Positions 13,401-22,300 of a stretch of 64,000 bases of DNA are shown here, piece after piece (the stretch's first letter is position 1; every line of letters begins with the position of its first letter). The DNA comes from Phoronis australis (Eukaryota; Animalia; Phoronida), in NCBI GenBank assembly GCA_002633005.1, contig NMRA01000121.1, positions 346,434 to 410,433 on the forward strand, read 5' to 3'. The translations under genes were made by a program, and so were the position numbers. The notes below the pieces were generated by a model. That model saw only the letters and a list, made by a program, of their open reading frames with translations, searched no databases and was not told the origin of the DNA.

Positions 13401-16400
13401 TGTCGGTACATCAGTGGCCCGACTGCAACATTGTGACGATGTTCACCCGATGAACAAAATCACGTTGGCCCGACGTCAGTAACCATCATCTGCCCAATGT
13501 AACATGAGTCATCAGACCGGCGTCGGGCCACCACCAACATGTTGCCACTAGGGGGCCCACAAGCAATCGGATCCATCCGAAAGTTTGCTCACGGTGTCCC
13601 ATTCATGAAAGAAACATAATTGTGCAAAAATTCATTAACATATATCACAGGGTTTTGGAGATAAAGCAGCAGATGCCAGATGGATGGATGAACAGAAGGA
13701 CAGCATAATACCGCCACACATAAATACGAGGGTGCACAACAATAATGAAGCGAGGCCATCACATTTCATGAAGCAGGCCATGGGGTATGAGTGAAACTAT
13801 TTGATATTAAGGACCTAGCTCCTTGTAATTATTAATATTTTGATTCAGAAGTTGTTGCCACACATTAAAAGAAATGCAAAACTATAATAAAATAACAAAT
13901 TTATCACATCTACGCGAACTGTAGAACCATAATCCACGTTTCATACAAATTATTCTTTAGAAAATGAGCACACATAATCTTGTTAATATCAAGTGCGTAG
14001 AACACGGACAAAGTATTTTGTCCCCCCCCCCCAAAAAAAAAACAAGTGTACAGAACAGAGTCATAAAGCATAACTCGCAATATTAAACAATGAACATGAA
14101 CATTATTTACTAACCTTTCATTATTAGACTGGTTGTTCGAGACCCCCTCACCACTGTAATAGTTGTTACTATATCCATCATTCTTCACTGTCTCCAAATT
14201 ATTTCCCCTGCTACTACTACTGTGTTCTCCAACAGTGGCTGCAATATTACCACATAAATCAGTTTCAGCCTTCATAAACTTGCACTGCTGGTAGTCGCCA
14301 TCAGTCTCTGATAGTTTTCTCTTCCTGGATTTGCCCAGTGTCTTCACAACTTTGGGTCGGTCATTTTCATCAATGTTCTCCGATAATTTTCTCTTCTTAG
14401 GTCCATTCTGACTTGTAGAAAAATAATCGCTTATGGGCCGTTTAGGTGACGTACAACTCAAGTGGTCACTACCTGAACTTTGCACATGGTCAGCACACTC
14501 GGTTTTGGCAGGTTCTTTTTGGGGTGCCGTACAACTCAAGTGGTGACTACCTGAACTTTGCAATTGGTCAGCACATTCGGTTTTGGCAGGTTCCTTACAA
14601 AACAATACTTTGAAAGGAAACAGACCAGTCAGAAAGTAGAATATATTTCTTTCCGTCAAAGTTGCAGTAGTGTTCTTCTCCAGTTGTTTGTCATCCACAC
14701 TGCACGAATTGCTTCCAACCTGTTTCACTAGAACTGTTTTCTGCACACAATCAGACACAAATTCCGCTGGAAGAGTATCAAATTTAATTCATAATTATTT
14801 AAACAAATAAGAAGTCTGGTTTTTAGATTCTTGGCACTATTGTAGTCCCATCACGAAATGTCAGGAGGAAAGCATGACAGCTGAAACTTTTTTCTACACT
14901 GACAATCAACAGGCAACCAGAGTTCCCATAATAGAAAACTCAAACTCCACAGAAATTTCAAAATTCATGAATATGTTCTAAAGTCCATGTTCATGGTATT
15001 GAGCAGTTTGTATACAACCTTAAAATCAGCAGACAGAACTAGAGACATGCATGAAAAATGTTCCATTTTGGTGAAAAAAAGACTTATCTCTAACAGGTGC
15101 TCTGCTTTTCAAATTCGACACAGGTGATCCAAAGTTGTCATGGCAAAATCTCAACTCAATGCCACGAGTCAAATCTGGTTGTGGAAAAAACTGACATCTA
15201 TCAGAATAAAAAACATGAGATATCTGCCATTACCACATACACACAAGCCCATTTTTAACAAATTAAAGTTGACTTCAATGCACAGTATGCTCATCACATG
15301 CTTCTACACTCTTTTAGCACACTGCTGGTTGTATAACACAAATTATTTGCCAGACAGTGCCAAGACCCAGGGACAAAACTAAGAGTATTTGTTTGGGGGA
15401 GGGTTTCGAATGTAGTTTGCCCAACTTCCTGAAACCCCTTGAAACCTCACGTGTTCAGAGTGGACGAGGAATAGTAAACAGATGAATTTGCTGTTTCGGG
15501 ATAGTTACATTTTCTGAATCAAAAAGTAATCTTATGCTAAAATTAGAGTGGAGATTCATCACAATTTTTTCCAAAAAAATATCAACTCAATCAATACTAC
15601 ATGGCTATGACAAGATTAATTCAGCTCGCTCCTAAACATGGCCATTTGTTGATATAAAACTTGTTTGATTACAAATTGCATCACTTCCGACTTTCTCAAA
15701 GACATTCCTGCCTGGAGAACATTGAGAGCGTAACTGCTGAAACGCGTTGATCTGTGCATAATTAGTAAAAATGCTTTCCAAGAGCAGCACAAGACTAAAA
15801 TGTTACCGTGGTAATGGCCGTGAACTTGTCGATAATATTTTCGAGTGAAACAGTACCTCTTTCATTTTTTAAACAAAATTAACACATGGAAAAATTCAGT
15901 TTGACGAAAAATGCCAACAAAATTTATAAATACAGTGTGCAGTTAATCGTTTGATGAATTCTCCAATAAATTTTTCAACTCTTCCCAAAACACTTTCAAA
16001 TTCTACCACCTAATCTGAACTTATGAAGATATTGTTTTGAAACATATTGGAAGTCTCAAGTCTAAATCTTCTGTAGGTCCTGATGGACAGTCAACATTTT
16101 TTTAAAATAGCACTCATAGACCCTATTAAAACCTCTGACCCAAATGATAAATCAATATTTGCACACTGGTATTTTTCTAGACAAATCAAAAGTGGCAAAA
16201 GTTATTTCAATTTTGAAAGAAAATGATCCCAATACCCTAAGCTACTGTCGTCCTATATCAGTCCTTCCATCTATCTCAAAACTTTTTGAAAAAATTTTTT
16301 ATGAGCAAATTTACACATACCTCATAAAACATGATTTCGTATAGACTGAACAAGCAGCCCTTAAGCTACCAACAGAACCTATGAATATATTGATAATAAT

Positions 16401-18983
16401 TTCACCCCAAAAGCTATATTGATTTCATAGACCCTTGCAAAGCATTTGACACAATTGTCCATAATACACTACTTACTACAAAATATGGTATCCTGAACAG
16501 AGAGCTGAACTGGTTATCTAGTTATCTATGCAAAAGGTCACAATATGTCGCATACAATAACATTTAAACATCTCTACTAGGATTCCCCAAGGCCCAATGT
16601 TAGGCCCAATGTTATTCATAATTTGCATTAATGATCTACACTCTGTTACTATAAATATCCTCATGTACGCTCATGACACTTGTCTACTCACTCCTGTACG
16701 TCTGAACTAATCAACAGAGAACTCCAGTATCGCAAATTTTAATAATCGATTACAAACTATTTATCTAGGGTTTTCAGCAAGCTCATTTTAAACATCTCAA
16801 AAACAAAATGCATGTTATTTCACTTTAGGGCCAATAGAATAAATAATAACTCAGTCCCCACTATTAAAATAAATAACACATCTGTAACTTACATACAACA
16901 AAATAAATTCCTAGGATTACACATCGACAATACTCTTTTATGTAATGTCCACCTAACGGAAACTGGAAACAAAATTTCTAAAGTAAACTGCGTATTATTT
17001 AAACTCAAAAAAACTATTTTCCCACTCACAGTTATTATGTATTAACTCTATCATTCAATCACGACTCACATATGGAATAACTGTTAGCACATTTGGAGGT
17101 TGCTCAAGGTTAAAAATGTTACAAAAAGTTATATGAAATGTCAGCAAATCTCCATTTCTTAGCACACTCGCCCAATTTGTAGATTTCTAAAAATATTAGT
17201 TTTTGATGATATATTTACAATATTTTCCATAAAGAGGCATGGAACGCGAAAGCTCATCCAAAATATCTTTTAAACAATTCCTGATGAAAGTACCACCTCG
17301 CAATGTATAGTACAGAGCAGTTCCAGAAAAAATCCAAAAACTCACCATTACAACAGAGTTTCTGATTTCCCTCCCACTTACTAGTATGATAAATGCGTGC
17401 GTGCGCTCAGTCAATTGCTTGAAGTCACTTGAGGTCGAAGGCAATATTTTCCATATAAGGGAAATGTGCTACCAAATAAGGAGACGTACTTTGCCTTGTG
17501 TGAGAAAAATCGACGAAGTGGCAAGCACTTGACAAGTCATTTTTTTTAAAGTTACGAGTAAATGATGAAAATACCTGGAACCAGGTTTAAGTCCGTTTCA
17601 GTGGCAGAGAACCACTTTCAATATAGCAATTCAGTCTGTTTGTCGCGTTCCAGGCCTCTTTAAAGTTTTACTACAAGTATATAATGCTCCCCAGATACTT
17701 TCATAACATAGAATTCGTCCAAGAATATCGTCCACTTCGAGAAAACATGCGCAGAACAACACCATCACAACTTCCCAGTTACAGCACTAATAATACAAAC
17801 TATCAATCACCATATACTGTTCCTCCAATGAAAAAACATCAACACAAAACAGACTGTATTACCATTTGTCATATCTTTTGAACCACTGCAATCTTCCAGA
17901 ATACGTTTTGAGTAAACCGGCAATAACTTATTCAATATTTATAACATGTTTAACTATCCTCAGGAAGAAATATGCGATTACCAGTACCCTATGCACTTGC
18001 AGAAAACATTGGGAATTATTTTTCACAGTGTAATTTACATAATTGTTTATCAGGCAACAAATGTCCCCTCCGATACACCAAGTGGGTCAGGCTTTCTGGA
18101 ATTACCCAAAAATGCAAAATATGTAATGTCACATGACAGCATTTAGATTTATCATCTTATAAATGTATGCGCTTTTTGATTTTCTTTAGTAATTTCACTA
18201 GAATATTCACACTAAGTTCAAAATTTGCAATTTTATCGGTCCCATAATTCCTCATTATGAGTATAATTTTTTATTGTGTTTCTAGAATTTTTAACACTTT
18301 TGAACAAAACTAAAGCAAGAGTGCTAGAACGTTCAAGTTTCTAAGCATGTTACTCAAAAAACTACAAGCAAATTATTTCCCTTCCTTTACACGCAAAATA
18401 AGTTGCCAAAATAACACAGAATAATCTGGTTAAAATTTCAGATTTCATATTGGTATCATTTTAAAGCTTTCGGAGAATTTTTTCTAACAGCTACAACTTA
18501 CTTCCTTTTTTCAGTTACGCCATGCTCATTATGCCTTCACTAATAGGCTTTCACATGGGCGGCGCACCATGGGGGGGGGGCTGCGCCGCCCATGGTCTAT
18601 AGGCGGTGCACCACAGGGGGGCTGGGGGTTTATAGCCCCCACTTTTTTCAGTGCCCCCACGCCCACGTTTTAGTGATTGCGACAACAAATTATTTAAAAT
18701 TCAGTTCCATTGTGAATTTGTAATCATACTATGGACTTCCAGCTAATAGTAGCCCATTTGCTTACTTAAAAGAGTAAATTATGCTTTGTACATAAATAAC
18801 GGTTAATAATAAGACAGTGAATTAGTGTGTAGCCTAACAGAATGAATATTAACCTTGCCGTTTGGAACAACGCTTGGCCTGGATTCCAGTTTCGTTACAT
18901 CGCCCAAGAACAACCGACTTCCGATGAGGCAAGTGGATAGCTCGGTTGGCCTCAGTTGCACTTACAAGGCTGCAACGATACAT
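1425..18983 (-). CDS. PNKP: Bifunctional polynucleotide 5'-kinase/3'-phosphatase; 13 exons, 3'-partial (last exon not found in window)
   Basis: Phase-consistent GT-AG exons: 18983-18854, 14766-14115, 12567-12465, 10897-10818, 10153-10075, 9240-9154, 8056-7868, 7533-7441, 6431-6341, 4806-4745, 4300-4191, 3692-3605, 1486-1425 (1826 nt, ~608 codons). Encodes FHA domain (VVLGR..CSKRQ), HAD phosphatase motifs (FDLDGT, FTNQ, YRKP, VGDAAGR, DFSSSD) and kinase P-loop (GFPASGKS, VDNTNPD). Confidence 0.96.
2884..3145. mobile_element. MITE-like element with ~50 bp terminal inverted repeats
   Basis: GGTTAAACGCACGACACTTTTCATTGTTCACAGTC.. (2884-2933) is near-perfectly inverted at 3096-3145. Confidence 0.7.
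3605..3692 (-). CDS. PNKP: PNKP exon 12
   Basis: [29 protein letters not shown]. Confidence 0.95.
4191..4300 (-). CDS. PNKP: PNKP exon 11
   Basis: [37 protein letters not shown]. Confidence 0.96.
4745..4806 (-). CDS. PNKP: PNKP exon 10
   Basis: [21 protein letters not shown]. Confidence 0.95.
4947..5366. repeat. 33-bp minisatellite, ~12.7 copies, in PNKP intron 9
   Basis: Unit GTCATCTCTAATGTAGTGCACAGAGCTAAAGTT at an exact 33-bp period. Confidence 0.97.
6341..6431 (-). CDS. PNKP: PNKP exon 9
   Basis: [30 protein letters not shown] (start of P-loop). Confidence 0.95.
7441..7533 (-). CDS. PNKP: PNKP exon 8
   Basis: [31 protein letters not shown]. Confidence 0.96.
7868..8056 (-). CDS. PNKP: PNKP exon 7
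   Basis: [18 protein letters not shown]...[26 protein letters not shown]. Confidence 0.97.
9154..9240 (-). CDS. PNKP: PNKP exon 6
   Basis: [29 protein letters not shown]. Confidence 0.94.
10075..10153 (-). CDS. PNKP: PNKP exon 5
   Basis: [26 protein letters not shown]. Confidence 0.95.
10818..10897 (-). CDS. PNKP: PNKP exon 4 (HAD motif I)
   Basis: [27 protein letters not shown]. Confidence 0.96.
11674..11718 (-). ncRNA. Minimal type I hammerhead ribozyme motif (PLE type), GUC cleavage triplet
   Basis: gtt-CTGATGA-t-GGTGT-loop-ACACC-GAAA-CATGTC-aag; palindromic ACATGT in place of stem III. Confidence 0.7.
11827..11871 (+). ncRNA. Minimal type I hammerhead ribozyme motif, cleavage triplet GUG (likely inactive)
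   Basis: ctt-CTGATGA-t-GGTGT-loop-ACACC-GAAA-CATGTG-aag. Confidence 0.6.
12465..12567 (-). CDS. PNKP: PNKP exon 3
   Basis: [34 protein letters not shown]; TTTTTAG| acceptor, AAG|GTAGG donor. Confidence 0.9.
13541..13742 (-). mobile_element. Truncated copy of the HINE-like family found at 26496-27681
   Basis: Reverse complement aligns by eye to ~26500-26706 (TATCTCCAAAACCC, TTCATGAATGGGACA, AACTTTCGGAYGGATC, CTAGTGGCAA). Confidence 0.75.
14115..14766 (-). CDS. PNKP: PNKP exon 2 (rest of FHA + long linker)
   Basis: Acceptor TTCCAG|, [21 protein letters not shown] continues the FHA; donor AG|GTTAGT; phases match exons 1 and 3. Confidence 0.85.
14441..14596 (-). repeat. 78-bp (26-aa) tandem duplication inside PNKP exon 2
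   Basis: [26 protein letters not shown] / [26 protein letters not shown]. Confidence 0.92.
15990..18000 (+). mobile_element. Decayed non-LTR retrotransposon (CR1/L2-like) reverse transcriptase ORF2 in PNKP intron 1
   Basis: Frameshifted motifs [58 protein letters not shown] (YADD), [15 protein letters not shown]; boundaries approximate. Confidence 0.88.
17233..17659. mobile_element. Non-autonomous DNA transposon (Kolobok-like) nested in the LINE
   Basis: TIR AGAGGCATGGAACGCGA / TCGCGTTCCAGGCCTCT, flanked by ATAA and TTAA; LINE-like sequence resumes after it. Confidence 0.7.
18554..18660. mobile_element. Short GC-rich CATGGGCGG-terminated MITE family, composite copy
   Basis: CATGGGCGGCGCA..TGCGCCGCCCATG inverted repeat 18554-18594; related copies at 61391-61484 and 63813-63946. 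Confidence 0.7.
18854..18983 (-). CDS. PNKP: PNKP exon 1 (FHA N-terminus); in-frame upstream ATG at 19091
   Basis: [43 protein letters not shown] resembles the PNKP/aprataxin-type FHA start; donor G|GTTAAT. Confidence 0.88.
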
Positions 18984-19199
18984 GTTCTTTCTAATACAAA
19001 AATTCAAGGTATCACAAAGTCTAAACGAAGTCTGAACGCACGACTTCCTCGCAAGAAACGTAAGCGTGAATATGCCTATTTGGGCGACCATTCATTTCTC
19101 GGCGCCACAGTACAGCCTTCTAACGACGGATCTGTTCAGCCAATCACAAGAGGATACAGTAGTTTCTTCCGGTTGTTATGTGATCGGCTGATCCCCAGT
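18984..19199. promoter_or_regulatory. Compact bidirectional promoter shared by PNKP and PEDS1
   Basis: Divergent start codons; AGCCAATCA (NF-Y CCAAT box) 19138-19146; CTTCCGG (ETS/GABP-type) 19166-19172; CpG-rich relative to flanks. Confidence 0.75.
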
Positions 19200-19347
19200 A
19201 TGGCGAGTCTCGATAAAAGAATTCTAAAAAATTCTATGAATGAAGAGGATCCCAATCAAAATGATGCCATACCAAATGACGACGACAAACCTAGGTGGGG
19301 TCCTCAACACGCAGGTGCTAAAGAATTGGCTAGTCAGTACACTGCAG
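19200..19347 (+). CDS. PEDS1: PEDS1 exon 1
   Basis: MASLDK...[19 protein letters not shown]; donor G|GTAAT. Confidence 0.93.
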
Positions 19348-22300
19348 GTAATTTGTTCTTGATTCTTCTGCTCAGTCAGTCGCCTGAAAGTGTGTCAACG
19401 AATACGATTGACATGACCTGGCGCACGTTTCTCTATCAATGGAAACGTCCTTTCTAAAGTTGTTTAGTCTTGAAATTAAGTCTTACGTAAGTTTTGAGCA
19501 TTTTAGCAAAATAGTGGACGAGGAGGGTGTCATGTGTTGAGTCGGGCAGTCCCTTGTCCCTGGCTTTGGTCAAGTTCAGCAGTTGGCACGTCCTGACAAC
19601 TTACGTAACTCCATCTTCAAACCTAGGCAATGACCATTGCCTCTGTTGGCCTGAACCAGAGGCGATGCAGCACCTATAGGCGCTCTGTACGCCGGAAGCT
19701 TTTCGGCGAATTATGCCTCGCACCGACTAAAAAGGTGTTAATGTGATAATAATAATAATAATAATGGAACTTAAAATATGAAATATATTTTCATAACCCC
19801 TGATCTTTATCTTTCAGAAAGTATATTCCGGTACTTTTACTAGTTGGCAAAGCCTGTTTTTTGATATACGAGTTAGAATGGAGGCTTCTAAATAAGGTTT
19901 GAGCTTTGTGAAATTTGAAAGATGTGTTCCTATGGAGAGCTCTGCATTCTATACCATCTAATGGTTGTTTCTGTTGTCAAACTGGACTGGTGTGTCTTAT
20001 GAAAAAGTAGTTGTGAAAAATAAAGTTTGCTTTGACAAATTATGTCCTTTTTAGTTTGTGAATTTTGTGTTGACTAATAATAATTTTCGAATTAGGAATG
20101 TTGGTCTAAACTTCATGTCTAGGAAAGGAACGCAAGCCCCTGACCTTCAAACGTAAAGGTGCAGTTTGCCATGCTTATATAGCTGAAAAAATGAATTTGG
20201 CCTTTTATCCTTGTATAATCGCCGTCAAAATTGCGCTCGCCTTGATAGGACTTGTTTTGTGTTGCCAAGAATAGTTTTAACCCTTGGCAGGTCAACAAAT
20301 GCATTGACCAGCCCCAAAATTTGAAAATGGTGAGCAGGAACTCCATTCAAAATTAGATTAGTCATGTGATCATTTCCCGGGATTACAACGCAGATCAGCT
20401 GTTCGTTTTTTGGGTCTTCAATTAGGAACTCGAAATATGTTTAAAGTGGCAACTAAACATGGTGGAATGCAGCTTGTAAGTCATCAAAAAAATGCTTGAA
20501 ATTGACTTATGTCTTGCTCTTGTGCACAGGTAAACGCCTGCAGGAAATCATCGGCCTGTCCGTTGCTGTCTGCATTCTAGTGTATAATGGCTACAATCTT
20601 ATACGCTACTTTCAACCCGACAGGTGGTACATCATTCTGCCAGCAGCACGTAAGTTTTCTATTTGGGTGGTCATATTTGTGCTTTGTACTCTCGGTTTGT
20701 ATTTTGTTTCTTAGGAACCCCTGAGACACTATGGAATGTTGTACATAAAAATCACCTCATTTGGATAATCAAATATACTGAGTTATAAGAATACACATTA
20801 AAATCAATGAGTTTCCTATTATTTAAGATTCATAGTAAAATCTCACCTACTTAAGTCTGGCAAGTAAATTGTTTTCTCACTTTTTTGCAAATGCTTTACT
20901 TAGCGCTCTCATTCTTCACCACAGCTACCATCAACCGAAAAATTGTGGCCATTCTAAACAGTGTTAGATCCCCTGAAAAATGGATGATTTTGGCAATTAT
21001 GCTTTTTTATTGAATTTGGTGACATTTTCAGTGACTGCAAAAAGACTGGTCCATGTACTATGCGTGAAATTGTAATCTGTGACAGACCTGGTCAGGTAGT
21101 GTTATCATATCACGGGGGCCAACATAATAACTTTGTGCTGAAGAATTTTGACCAGGATTTTGCGATAACAAAAACTTATCATGTTGCCATTCTGTAGAGT
21201 AATGAGAGTGCGAAACTGACTTCCACTTGATCCCGACACAGATTCGGTGTACATAAATTCACTACTGCATACTGGTTCATTAATTTAAAAACAGCGGGAT
21301 GAATCCCAGTGTCAACCCCTCCCTTTGTTTGATTAGGTTAAGTTCATTAATTTCCTTTAGCTTTTTGACATTGGCTAGAACTGACTATACAGCTACGGAT
21401 TCTTCTTCGCAGTGATAATTGTATAGAACGTGGTGCCCTTCATTCATTGACATTGAAAGAGGTTTGCCTGTACATCCCACTGCGCATCAGTGAAAATTTG
21501 CCAGCATTATGATGGCAGGAAATTTGTTAAAACAACGTTTTCACCAGTAGGTTGAAATCTCCTGTCTACATTACATGGGATGTGTAGATGGCGCTGAATG
21601 CCTGTCTACCAAAGACCTGATCGCCATCAGGCAGAATAGTGAATTTCAATAGAGCGTAACTATTTTGAAAATCAGCTGTTTGAACCTCAAAATCTTACTA
21701 GTCAATGTAATTTAACCCGAAACTGAACGCTATCCACCTAGCTATGAGCAATTTTCGACCTTGGAAATGTGAACAGCTCACCACATTGAAGTGGTAAAAA
21801 CCTTCAAGATTGAGTGACATGTTTCAAACTGGACACTGAACAATTAAATTTATGTGTAATCTTTCTGCATTTTAAAAAAGTCACGAAGGGAAATTCTCTG
21901 ATTCCATCAATTTTAATTGGCAAAATATCATGTTGATTTGGGGTAGTGAGACATTGGGAATTAATTTAAAAATATAAAACTAACATGGTCAGTTGCTCAC
22001 TTTAAGTTTTAGAGAGCAATAAACTGTTACGTGTTTGCTTCATAAAACAAGAGTATGCAAGGTTCAATTTTGCATTCTTAGTAGCGAGAATGGGACTTGT
22101 GTCATGCATAAGTTTTTGTTCAATAGGATATCAATTTTATAAACATGGTCATAGTAATACTCATTAAATAATCATCATAGAAAATCATTATTTTGATAAT
22201 TGTTGTTATTATTGTTATTGTTGTTGTTATGGTTATTGTTATTGTTACTTATTGTCTGATGGCATCTATTGTACAAAACTTAAATGATAAATCATCCATT

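Noticed and set aside
13910-14758. 282-aa ORF as an independent gene
   Set aside because: It is PNKP exon 2 running into the intron; splice phases link it to flanking exons
18855-19457. 200-aa plus-strand ORF as a separate gene
   Set aside because: It is PEDS1 exon 1 plus upstream open frame and intron read-through, starting at TTG
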